In this document: positions 51,156 through 61,500 of the stretch, in pieces
Layout of the letters: each line of letters begins with the position of its first letter
Position numbering within the stretch: position 1 is the stretch's first letter
Assembly: GCA_965235115.1 (NCBI GenBank)
Contig: OZ249436.1
Span: 23,376,001 to 23,440,000, forward strand
Direction: 5' to 3'
Origin: Laetmonice hystrix
Lineage: Eukaryota
DNA length: 64,000 nucleotides
Position numbers and translations under genes: made by a program
Notes under the pieces: generated by a model
The model's database searches: none
The model's input: the letters and a program-made list of their open reading frames with translations, nothing else
What the model was told of the DNA's origin: nothing

Positions 51156-54100
51156 TTAGACTGACTTGAATAATGTCTTGGGTTTCTTCTTTTTTTGTCG
51201 ACCAGAGTTGTTGTACCTTTCATGAAACTTAATTATCATTTCAGTTGGGATATCAGCGGGCCATAACCATGCTGGAGGTTTATTCTCCAACCTTACTTTA
51301 TATATTTTCTTGCCTTCCTTATATGAAGCTCGCAGAATTTTGATTGGCTTTGGTTTGGCATCCGTGTTTTGAGGAGCGCTTGCATCTTGTGATGGCTCAT
51401 TGACATGTTTAGACTGATCCGTGTCCTGAGCTGGTGACTGAGTTATAGAGTCAGCCGCTGTCTCGGCCTCTGGAGGAGTGTAATCCTCACAAGGTTCTGA
51501 AGACGACAGGTCAGATTTGACAAAGGGTTTCAATCTATTTGCATGCTGTCTTGTCGAAATTCTGGTGTGTGATCCAACGTCACGCAAGGAGTATGTGTTG
51601 TTGTCATGTATTTGGTCTATATAATATGGGCCTCGCCATGGTTTATGCAGCTTTTTGGAGAGCCCTATGGGAACTTTCTCACTTCTAAGCAGCACTGCTT
51701 GGTTTATTTTGAACGTGGGTGGGGCTGTTCCTTTATCATAGTGTTGCTTGTATTTGTGCTGATGTTCCAGTATGTTACTCTTTGCCATGTCATGGATCAT
51801 GCGAATTTTACCCAAAGTATTCGCCAAATACTCCTGAGTTGAGGGAGGAAGGCGATCCTTAGGTTGCAGTGTTCTATCAATTGGGAGACTCATGTCTTCA
51901 CCAAAGAGTAAATAGAATGGTGAGTAACCCGTCGATCTTGATGCTGGTGTGGCTCTGTAACTCATTAATATACCAGGGAGATATATAGGCCAGTCTGTTT
52001 GGTTATCATTAACAAATGAACGGAGCGCTTGACCAATGACACTGTTGAAGCGCTCACACGTCGCATTTGTCTGCGGGTGGTATGGTGATGTATGTACTCG
52101 GTTGACTTTGAAGAGTTGACAGAGTGATGCCACTAATGATGACAGGAACTGTTTACCTCTATCAGATACCAGAGTTTTAGGTGCCCCATATCGCGTAAAA
52201 ATCTCCTCATAGAGAACTTTTGCGACTGATGCTGCATTTGCATTTTCCAAAGGAAACGCTTCAGGCCACTTGGAAAAGCTGTCAACCAGCAATAGGATGT
52301 ATTTCTTTTTATCAGCGCTCTCATGTAATGGTCCCAGGAAATCGATGTGCCAGCGCTCAAACCTTCCCACGATTGGCATGGGTTGCAATGGGGCAGGCCT
52401 ACAATGGCGGTTAGCTTTAGCCGATTGACACGATGGACATCCTTCAACTAAATCCTTGACATGAGAATACATACCAGGCCAGAAGTATTTCTGTTTGATA
52501 GAGTCGTAGGTACGGTCAAATCCCTGATGTGCGCCGCCAAGGAGGTTATGATGGTAATGTTCCATGATGGTATGGCGCATGTCTCCGGAGGTTATTTTGT
52601 CTTCCTCTGGAATCACTAGACGTAGTTGTGTAATCTCGTTTCCAGCAGGGTCTTTGCCTAAATACAACTTGTGATGCAGTAAGCCATCCTTTAGTACATA
52701 CCTAGACAGTGAGCGCTGAGTGTAGCCTGATGGCTTATCTGTCTTAGACTTAGTGACTAGATAGTTAAATATCTTCCCCATCTTGCCCAACTTTTGGAGC
52801 TCTTTTATATCAAGGTCTGCAGAAATTTCTAGGACAGACTCCTCTTGACCTGTGACGTCTGCAGTGATATCTATGGCTGCCAAAGTGGGTAGAGGGTTAG
52901 TTTGTGATGGAGACCGTGAGGTGTCTACTGTTGCCATGAGTGGCACTTCTGGCTCAGGTTGGACAGCATTCTCAGTAGTTGTCTCTGTTTGACACGCTAC
53001 TGAACGGGGCACGTCTTGTGGTAAGTCACGTGTGGGATCATCTGTTCTAGACAGAACGTCTGCATTGATATTTTCTGCACCTTTTCTGTATGTAATATGA
53101 TAATCCCAGCCTGCGAGTTCAAGTGCCCACCTGCTTAACCGTCCAGTGCCGCCTTCTTTGGCTTTAATATAGGCCAGAGCTTTGTGGTCTGTGACCACCT
53201 CAAACGTGGATCCTATAAGGTATGATCTGTATTCCCTGATGCCGTCGATCACAGCCAAACCTTCACGCTCAGTGATAGAGTAAGCTTTCTCTTCACGCCT
53301 GAGAGATCGACCTCCATATGCTAAAACACGCTCATCGCCATGTATGTCTCGCTGTGAGAGAATATAGCCTATGCCCGTGCCACTTGCGTCACATGTCAGG
53401 GTGTACTTTTTTGTAGGATCTGGGAACTGAAGCATAACAGGCCCTGTTAGTCTGTCTTTTAAAGCCTGGAAGGAACTCTCACATTCCTCCGTCCAGTTGA
53501 ATTTCATACCTTTAACAAGCAAGCCATTGAGGGGTGCACGAAGAGAGCCAAAGTCCTTAATGAACCGCCTGTAGTAGTTGCAAAGACCTAGAAATTTGCG
53601 GACTTGCCTGGGTGTTGATGGCCTGCAGAAGTCTTTAACGATTTGGACTTTGTCGGGGTTAGGCCGGATGCCATCTTTAGAAATAATATGGCCTAGGTAT
53701 TTAATGGAATCGAGGCCAAATTTGCACTTTTTGGGGTTTAAAGTGAGACCTGCATTTTCAATTCGGTTCAATACGCGGTCTAGTTCTCCGAGATGTGCGT
53801 CAAACCCTGTCGAGTGGACGCATACGTCATCGACATACGAGAAGGCACAGTCACGTAGAGTGTCACCAAGGGTTTCGGTCATTAATTTCTGAAATGCAGC
53901 CGGGGCATTGGACAAACCGAAGGGCATTTTGTTACATTCATACTGATGGTCTTGTAGGACAAAACCAGTTTTGTGTTTTGTTGCTGGGTCTAGTTTTACT
54001 TGCCAGAATCCCGAATTTAGGTCCAGCTGGCTGAATAGACAGCTTTCCTTTTGTCCGATGGCGTCCCAGACGTCCTCGACTCTGGCAAGGGGGTAGGAAA

Positions 54101-55631
54101 TTTTCTTTGTAATTTGATTAAGTTTCCGGAAATCTATCGCGAATCTATATGTATTGTCTTTTTTTCTGACCATAACCACAGGAGAGCGCCACATTGAAGT
54201 TGAAGGCTCTATTATGTTATACTTCAGAAGTGTGTCAATTTGTTTTTCAATTTCTTCCTTGATAATGGGGTTAACACGGTAGTAACGCTGTGAAGCTGGG
54301 GGTGCGTCTCCGGTGTCAATAACGTGAGGTGCCACTTTGGCTGTACCCAATTCACTAATATCTGCTGCAAACGCTTTACGATGGCTTTGCAGAAATTGTA
54401 AGAGTATTTCTTTCTCTTCAGGTGGCAAATTGGACTCAGACAGATCAAAAGTGATATCTGCTGCTTCAGACTGTTCTGACTGAATGGGGACATCTGTCAT
54501 GCCACGATAATCAAGCCCAGAAAGGTCGCCATCAAAGGCGTCATCACTGTTAAAGAGGACTTGGGCCTTTTGTAAAGTAGTGGCCAGACCTATGGTGTGA
54601 GATTTCTTTATTGTGATTGTAGTATCAGAATGGTTGACCAAGGTACACTTAGTATATTTGCCTTTTGGGCAGTCAATACTGGGTGGGACGACCAGATCTG
54701 GGAACTGATCCTCCAAACTATGTACTGGTTCCATGAAAAGTAAACCATGATGGGGTTTTGTGAGAACCAATTGTACAGTGCACTCTGAAGTAGGTGGAAT
54801 GGAAACCTTCTGTGCGGTTCTGGCTAGAGTGCGTCGTTTGGTTGGCCCACGCAAGGGGACAGATGGGCCATCCTTAAAGGTTAGCATACCACTTGCGAAA
54901 TTTACATCTATATTGTTGTCTTTTAAAAAATCAAGACCCAGGATGAGTGAGTGGTGACCTTCTAGCACATGAAAATTTTGCATCAATGTGTGTCCTTCAA
55001 TGTTGAGTGTCAGTATGACCCTACCAAAAACATTGTGGGTTTCACCACCAACTCCTACAACAGCATCAAACCGTGGTTCGAGCGTTTGCGTTTGAACGGG
55101 CAAATTTTGTAAGAAGTTGTGTGAAATACAAGACACTTTGGCACCAGAATCTACCAACGCAAGTGTAGACTTGTTTCCAATGTGCACGCTAATCATATTG
55201 GTATAATCATCATCAAGGGAAACTGTGACATGCATAATGGAGTGTTCCTGGGAGGTTGTTTGTGAGGGAGGGGGAGATATGGGTGATTGAACTATATGGG
55301 ATTCAGCCTGGCTTGCCGGTGGCGAAGGTGTATGGTCGACTTGACGTGTTGTTTTGTCACTGCAAACAATGCCTTGGCTGGCGCCAGCCATATGTGTCTG
55401 GTGAGGTAGAGTATAGCTGTCAGCATCCTTGTGATTGTTGCTGGGTGGGGAGGCTGTTTGGGGTGGAGGTGTTAATTGAGGGGGGGTGGACCTGAATACT
55501 TTTGAGGTACAGGTATGTGTGGGCTGTGTTGTGGGAGGGTAGGTGCTAGGTGGTTGGGACAAAACCTGGGGGAATGCCACTTGTTGGTTTTGTACTGAAT
55601 TACATGTACAAGATGTCTTTGCCAGCATCAT
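51156..55631 (-). CDS. pol: Pol polyprotein: protease, RT, RNase H, integrase, degenerate chromo-like tail (1491 aa, uninterrupted)
   Basis: LVDSGA (protease); MPFGL and YVDD (RT); LTCDAS..GIG (RNase H); HHCC zinc motif, DFLGP, SDRG and ERFN (integrase); GPY motif. Confidence 0.97.
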   Translation of the reverse strand: MMLAKTSCTCNSVQNQQVAFPQVLSQPPSTYPPTTQPTHTCTSKVFRSTPPQLTPPPQTASPPSNNHKDADSYTLPHQTHMAGASQGIVCSDKTTRQVDHTPSPPASQAESHIVQSPISPPPSQTTSQEHSIMHVTVSLDDDYTNMISVHIGNKSTLALVDSGAKVSCISHNFLQNLPVQTQTLEPRFDAVVGVGGETHNVFGRVILTLNIEGHTLMQNFHVLEGHHSLILGLDFLKDNNIDVNFASGMLTFKDGPSVPLRGPTKRRTLARTAQKVSIPPTSECTVQLVLTKPHHGLLFMEPVHSLEDQFPDLVVPPSIDCPKGKYTKCTLVNHSDTTITIKKSHTIGLATTLQKAQVLFNSDDAFDGDLSGLDYRGMTDVPIQSEQSEAADITFDLSESNLPPEEKEILLQFLQSHRKAFAADISELGTAKVAPHVIDTGDAPPASQRYYRVNPIIKEEIEKQIDTLLKYNIIEPSTSMWRSPVVMVRKKDNTYRFAIDFRKLNQITKKISYPLARVEDVWDAIGQKESCLFSQLDLNSGFWQVKLDPATKHKTGFVLQDHQYECNKMPFGLSNAPAAFQKLMTETLGDTLRDCAFSYVDDVCVHSTGFDAHLGELDRVLNRIENAGLTLNPKKCKFGLDSIKYLGHIISKDGIRPNPDKVQIVKDFCRPSTPRQVRKFLGLCNYYRRFIKDFGSLRAPLNGLLVKGMKFNWTEECESSFQALKDRLTGPVMLQFPDPTKKYTLTCDASGTGIGYILSQRDIHGDERVLAYGGRSLRREEKAYSITEREGLAVIDGIREYRSYLIGSTFEVVTDHKALAYIKAKEGGTGRLSRWALELAGWDYHITYRKGAENINADVLSRTDDPTRDLPQDVPRSVACQTETTTENAVQPEPEVPLMATVDTSRSPSQTNPLPTLAAIDITADVTGQEESVLEISADLDIKELQKLGKMGKIFNYLVTKSKTDKPSGYTQRSLSRYVLKDGLLHHKLYLGKDPAGNEITQLRLVIPEEDKITSGDMRHTIMEHYHHNLLGGAHQGFDRTYDSIKQKYFWPGMYSHVKDLVEGCPSCQSAKANRHCRPAPLQPMPIVGRFERWHIDFLGPLHESADKKKYILLLVDSFSKWPEAFPLENANAASVAKVLYEEIFTRYGAPKTLVSDRGKQFLSSLVASLCQLFKVNRVHTSPYHPQTNATCERFNSVIGQALRSFVNDNQTDWPIYLPGILMSYRATPASRSTGYSPFYLLFGEDMSLPIDRTLQPKDRLPPSTQEYLANTLGKIRMIHDMAKSNILEHQHKYKQHYDKGTAPPTFKINQAVLLRSEKVPIGLSKKLHKPWRGPYYIDQIHDNNTYSLRDVGSHTRISTRQHANRLKPFVKSDLSSSEPCEDYTPPEAETAADSITQSPAQDTDQSKHVNEPSQDASAPQNTDAKPKPIKILRASYKEGKKIYKVRLENKPPAWLWPADIPTEMIIKFHERYNNSGRQKKKKPKTLFKSV

Positions 55632-55685
55632 GTTGCGTATTGGTGACCTGTTCAGATGGACCCGTTTCTGAACTGGTGAGCAACA

Positions 55686-57011
55686 TCAGTGGTCGTAGTG
55701 GGGGAGGGAGGTATGTTGGTGGGGGGCTGGGAGGGTGGGGTTAGGGTGTGTACAGGTGGCGCACTGCATTAGGGGCTCTGCATAGTTAACATATCCCACT
55801 CTCTTATTATTCCCAAATCCATTGCCGGACCTATACTGCCGATTATTGTGTTGTGGCGCCACAGGTGGCAAACCACGGCGCTTACGCCCGCAAACATTCT
55901 CTAAGTGATCTTTTATACCACAGTACCGACATATTTTGCCACTAGCACGACAGTTGGACCTACCTTGACAAGTACTGCTGCCACAGTAGTTACAGGTCCG
56001 TTGTGAGCCGAACGGCGGTGCTGACCGTCCGTTTCTGCCAGTTGATGGAGAGCGGTGGCGTTCTGGCCCAGAGTCTGTGGTGGCACTAAGGCGACCCCGG
56101 TTGACCTCTGTGTTGAGGGTGGTTGTCAGCCTGTCCATCGCATCGGACAGTTGTAGGATGGCCTTGTGTCCCGCATCCAACTTGACGTCCACCGCCGACA
56201 CTGCTGCCGTTGTCGTCTGCCCTGCTGCGTTGGCTCCTCCAAACAAGATGCTTTGCATCGTTTGTAGTGTTGATGGTGCTGGATGGAGTCGTCCGTCCAT
56301 GGCTGACACGCTGGTTTGCGCGCCGGGAGTCGGTAGCATAGGTGTTGGGGCGGTGCTGAATGTTGCTGCAGCCTCATAGAGTTCCAGCAGCGACTTTGGC
56401 GCATGCAGCATCACGAGATTTCGCACCTCAGGCCGTAACCCGCTGCATATGGGTCTGACCAGCTGAGCTTCTGACACCTCCGGACAGTACCCTGCTGCCA
56501 ATTGCATCTTGTCTATATATGTTGTTAATGCCTCACCAGGCAGCTGGTGGCGACAGGCCAACGCCCGTTCACCAAGGAGAGCGTCCTCCGCCGATGGACA
56601 GAACCGTTTTCCAAATTCCGTCTTTAACGCATCCCACTTGGCACCATCTGACGCATACTCAGTATCCTTTCTAATAAAGTCTCGGTACCAAGACTTTGCC
56701 ACACTTGAGAGGGAGAGTGGGAGGAGGTTTATTTTCTCCTCTGCTGTGCACTTATAGTGCTTGGCGTACTGCTCAAAGTCCTCTATAAACGATTTTCCCT
56801 CCTTATTTTGAAACCCATCAAACTCCGCCCGGAATGGTGGGCAGGCGTTGTGTGCCATGCAGGTGGGTGAGGCTGCACGCTGATTTTGAGGCGCGTTGTT
56901 TGAGCCGTTCCCCACTTGTCCTTGTAAGACTGGTTTTCTGGACCTAGTAGCGTGAGCTGGACACGCCGTATCGGGTCTATTGCTATTAATTGGTGTGGTG
57001 AATATTGGCAT
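55686..57011 (-). CDS. gag: Gag protein (441 aa from the first ATG)
   Basis: Retrotransposon capsid-like region (FEQYAK...AKSWY...WDALKTEF...Q.PGE) and tandem zinc knuckles CNYCGSSTC...C / CRYCGIKDHLENVC. The track's GTG start at 57068 lies at the PBS and is unlikely. Confidence 0.92.
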   Translation of the reverse strand: MPIFTTPINSNRPDTACPAHATRSRKPVLQGQVGNGSNNAPQNQRAASPTCMAHNACPPFRAEFDGFQNKEGKSFIEDFEQYAKHYKCTAEEKINLLPLSLSSVAKSWYRDFIRKDTEYASDGAKWDALKTEFGKRFCPSAEDALLGERALACRHQLPGEALTTYIDKMQLAAGYCPEVSEAQLVRPICSGLRPEVRNLVMLHAPKSLLELYEAAATFSTAPTPMLPTPGAQTSVSAMDGRLHPAPSTLQTMQSILFGGANAAGQTTTAAVSAVDVKLDAGHKAILQLSDAMDRLTTTLNTEVNRGRLSATTDSGPERHRSPSTGRNGRSAPPFGSQRTCNYCGSSTCQGRSNCRASGKICRYCGIKDHLENVCGRKRRGLPPVAPQHNNRQYRSGNGFGNNKRVGYVNYAEPLMQCATCTHPNPTLPAPHQHTSLPHYDH

Positions 57012-57049
57012 GAAATTTAGATTGAAGGGGGGGAATTCCGAAACCGCGA

Positions 57050-57067
57050 CTCGGGTTCTTTCCACCA
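57050..57067 (-). promoter_or_regulatory. Candidate primer-binding site
   Basis: TGGTGGAAAGAACCCGAG starts 2 nt after the 5' LTR. TGG matches tRNA CCA; TGGTGGA resembles a tRNA-Ala end over only 7 nt. Confidence 0.55.
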
Positions 57068-57069
57068 CT

Positions 57070-58222
57070 TATCGTCTGGCTGACGATTGAGTTGGGGAAC
57101 TAACTCGTGAAGGGGAGGCTGAGAGGTATATTACGACACAAGCGGGGATAAGTTGTTAACGATTGTTTAATTAACAGTAGAATAAATGATACACACCAAT
57201 ATGTAAACCGTCAACGTGCTAGTATACGTGTAAGAACCGTTTGCTTACCGGGTTGCCGAATAAGTCCTTGGCTTAGGTGTGGTCAACACCATGTCTATAA
57301 TCTGAGTGTCCAGTAAGGCTAAGGCGAGCCAGTACGAATGTATATATAAATGTGTGAAGGGTCCAAGATAGCTGGTTGTTCTCTGGTGCTTGTTGTTGCT
57401 CGTCTCTTGTTCTCTGGTGCCTGTCTTGTTGCCTTCTCTTGCTTTCTGTTGCTTTTCTGCTTGATCCAGAATGGATGCAACTTATATAGGTTTAATTACG
57501 TCAGAATAGTTAATTTAGCGAAACGGATTGTCATTGGACCAGGAAGGTCACGAGGGGAAGCAACATGGCCGCGAACCTAAGGGAGTTTTAATTCCCCAAA
57601 GCCAGCGACGCCCTCATTAATTATTTATAGAAACTAAAGTTGAAGTATAATACTGTTTTCGTTGTATAAAAAGTTATATGTGCTATATACGAATAAATGA
57701 GTGAAAAATATGGAATCCTGAGAAGGCTACAAATCTTATGGTGTGCTTTACATACCGTAACTCATATTAATAAGCATATATACATATTGTTCACAACAAT
57801 CGTCTTTAAACCTAGTACATGGACGTTACACCGTAAAAATATATATATCCTTTCCTGCAGAAACATGTAGGTCCTATAGATTCACAATAATTAACTTGTT
57901 GACGGATAATTCAGAACTTATTAAACTTGTATATATAATTGCTGATGACAACTACAGGTGTTTGTTTCAACTAGCGTAACGGTATAGAAGAGTGACGGTA
58001 TTGTACATATAAGAGAGTCAGACGTATATATAGATTAACAGCTAAGGTTATATGATAGTTTTGAGATATATATCGTAAGAGAACATCGACGTTACATATA
58101 TAATTAGGCTCACAGGAGCTTACAATCCAAAATGGCGTAGCCCACGTAAACCGGACCATCTGGTATACGTTCCGCCTTAAGGGCCTACACAAAGGGATGG
58201 CGCTATAAATATCGTGCCGATA
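57070..58222 (-). repeat. 5' LTR (1153 bp)
   Basis: Direct repeat of 45482-46634. Candidate minus-strand TATA box TATATAAG at 57481-57488. Confidence 0.96.
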
Positions 58223-59989
58223 ATATGACTAATTTCTGGTATACATGTAATGGCCATATGACTGATTTCTGGTATAATGGCCATAAAACCCATCTTTTAG
58301 GTCATATATGACTGACCATCAAATTAAAAAAGATAATATAGCTTAATAGTTTTTTCAATAATATCAAAATTTGCATTTTAATGTTTAGAATATGAAAAAT
58401 TCCAGATAAAAATATTTTCTTTTGTAGGATTCGAACCAGTAATATACAGCTTTAGTCTAGTAGCCAGATAGGTGAACCCAGAAATGTTGAGTACCCTAAG
58501 GTATTTTGATGGAAATGTGATCTATGATGTGTGGGGACTCGGAAACCGTCGCATGCTAATTTGTATATGTTGGGCAATTAGTGTAATTAGCCTAATTAGC
58601 CTGAAAAAGGAATCTATCATAGATTCCCTATAAATCGACTTTGAGTCACATTTTTGGTGTCTAAATTTATGTTTTCGGTAGCAAGGAATTCATTAAACAT
58701 ATTTCTAGACCCATTTGTTAATTATTTGAAAGCCTAATTAGCATAATTAATATAAAATTGATAAAACAAATGGTAAAGTCTATGTAAATGGACGTGGAAC
58801 TTATATCTGGGTTCTTAAAACTGTGGTTCTGGCCTAAATGAAATTGTGAAACATTGTTTCAAGCTCATGTACAAAGTTATCACAAGCGAAATTAGCATAA
58901 TTTTGGATAGTATTAGTGTAATTAGCCTAATAAGCATCAACCTACTGATTGCCCGAAAAAAGAATCAATCATAAATTCCCTATAAATCGACTTTGAGTCC
59001 CATTTTTGATGTCTAAACCTATGTTTTCGGTCGCAAGGAATTCATTAAACATATTTCTAGAATGATTTGCTAATTATTTGCATGCTTAATTAGCAAATTG
59101 ATTACATAATGGTAAAGTCTGTGTAAATGCACTTGGAACTTCTATCTGGGTGCTTAAAACTGTGTTTCCAGCTTTTTTGTTGAACATGGCTTCGAGCTCA
59201 TGTACAAATTTACTACAAGCAAAATTAGCATAATTTTGGATAGTATTAGTGTAATTAGCCTAATTAGCATAGGGCTACTGAGCGCCCAAAAAGGAATTTA
59301 TCATAGATTCCCTATAAATCAACTTAGAATCACAATTTTAAAGTCCAAATCTATGTTTTCAACCCCAATGATTTGATTAAACGTATCTTCAGACTCATTT
59401 GTATATTATTTGCATGCTTAATTAGCATAATTAACATAAAATTGATAAAACAAGTAATAAAGTCTATGTAAATGCATTTGGAATTTTTATCAGGGTGCTT
59501 AAAACTGTGTTTCCGGCCTAAATGAATCCGTTGAACATGGTTTCGAGCTCATGTAAAAAGTTACTACAAGAAAAATTTGCATAATTTTGGATAGTATTAG
59601 TGTAATTAAGCTAATTAGCATAGGCCTACTGATTGCCTGAAAAAGGAATATACCATAAATTCCCTATAAATCAACTTAGAATCACAATTTTTGTGTCTAA
59701 ATCTATGTTTTCGACCCCAAGGATTTAATTAAACGTATCTTCAGACTCATTTGTATATTATTTGCATGCCTAATTAGCACAATTAACATAAGATTGATAA
59801 AACAAATAATAAAGTCTATGTAAATGCACTTGGAGCTTTTATCTGGGTATTTAAAACTGCGTTTCAGGCCTAAATTAGCATAATTTTTGATTCCAATGTT
59901 TTCAGACATGATAGACCTATATATGCTCACTTCAAAGCCTAACTTCAAACAACTACTCATTCACCATCCTCCTTATCGGTTATCCCTCT

Positions 59990-60730
59990 CTTCTTCTATG
60001 TCTTCTTCCTCAGTGTCACGAATAGTCAGTGGATTGAGCCAGTTGTTTCCTGCTTTATAAACAGGAAAGCCCAGCAGACTTGCAACTACAGTTGCTTTGA
60101 CGGCAAGCATTTCCTTCTGCATGGTAGCTGCAGCTGATAATTTCCAGGAGAGTGTTCTGGAGCCACTGACTAGTCGGCATTACATCTCTTCCCTCCATGA
60201 TGTCCCAGCCATGGCTTGTGATAGCATTTGAAGCTGCTGTGTGCTAGAGGAGTGGCTTTGTCAGCAGCTTGCCACAACTGTATATGCAAGAATCCTATGA
60301 AGGGACAGATTATTATCGATAGGTGGTAACTTCTTCAAAGGAGGTGGTTTCTTCCTGCTCCTGAAGATGTTGTATCTCGCCTCGTTCATGGACGATGCCT
60401 TGGGTAGCTTGTTGGATTTTAGTAGGTGTAGCCTCCTCCTCCCCAAGGACCGTGTCCAACTCAGGCATGCTCATTTTCAAGCAACTTCAGGGCAGAGACC
60501 TTGCCCTTCCCGCATGGAAAAGACATGGTGTCACAGGCAGAGAGGACATGCACGCCTAGTAGACCCTGGCATTTGGTTCCATGCTTCTTGACAGTGGCAT
60601 TTATGTTGATGACAGTCCCATCCCACTTCTCCATCTGAACGCGACACATCAGCGCCTTTTTCCATAGCCAGTACACAGCCAACACGAAAACGTGGCTGTC
60701 GTCGCACAGCACCTTGTGCACCTTCAGCGT
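59990..60730 (-). pseudogene. XPG/FEN1-like nuclease and Cys-rich C-terminal fragment, left arm
   Basis: DDSHVFVLAVYW, LLGVHVLSACDTMSFPCGKGKVSALKLL (H3TH-like) and SMNEARYNIF...LPP, with frameshifts. Confidence 0.75.
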
Positions 60731-60739
60731 TGGCAACAG

Positions 60740-61500
60740 GGTCCACATGATAGGAAGAGCTGACAGTGAAGTAGCACATGATGAGGCGGGCATAACACTA
60801 ATATATTACATGTTGTTGAAGGCAGCAGCAGAAAAAAGAGCTGATGTGTCACGTTCAGATGGAAAAGTGGGATGGGACTGTCCTAGACATCGCCACTGGC
60901 AAGAAGCTTGGAGGTCTCTACCCTGAAGTTGCAGAAAATCAGCATGCCTGAGTTGGACACGGTCCTTGGGGAGGAGGAGGCTACACCTACTGAAATCCAA
61001 CAAGCTACCCGAGCTTTCTTGCAACTGTATGGCCAGCCGAAGGCATCGTCCATGAACGAGGCGAGATACAACATCTTCAGGATCAGGAAGAAACAACCTC
61101 CTCTGAAGAAGTTACTACCTACCAATATTTCCCTTCATAGGCTTCGTGCATATTCTGTAAATACAGTTGTGGCAAGCTGCTGACAAAGCCACTCCTCCAG
61201 CACCCGGCAGCTTCAAATGCTATCAAAAGCCATGGCTGGGACATCACGGAGGGAAGAGATGTAATGCCGCACACATCCGACTAGCCAGTGGCTCCAAAAC
61301 GCTCTTCTGGACATTATCAGCTGCAGCTACCGTGCAGAAGGAAATGCTTGCCGTCAAAGCAACTGTAGTTGCAAGTCTGCTGGGCTTTCCTGCACAGGCT
61401 ATACCGTGTTTGTGAAGCAGGAAACAACTGGCTCAATCCACTGACTATTCGTAACACTGCGGAAGAAGACATAGAAAAAAGGGATGAGGAGGATGGTGAA
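60740..61500 (+). pseudogene. XPG/FEN1-like nuclease and Cys-rich C-terminal fragment, right arm
   Basis: AHDEAGITLIYYML, SMNEARYNIF, WQAADK and a frameshifted DIISCSY...NACRQSNCSCKSAGLSC cysteine cluster. Confidence 0.75.

Larger units (their letters stand above)
45482..58222 (-). mobile_element. Full-length env-bearing Ty3/Gypsy LTR retrotransposon (errantivirus-like endogenous retrovirus)
   Basis: LTR-gag-pol-env-LTR. Constant 11588-bp offset between LTRs. ATAT at 45478-45481 and 58223-58226. Confidence 0.97.
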
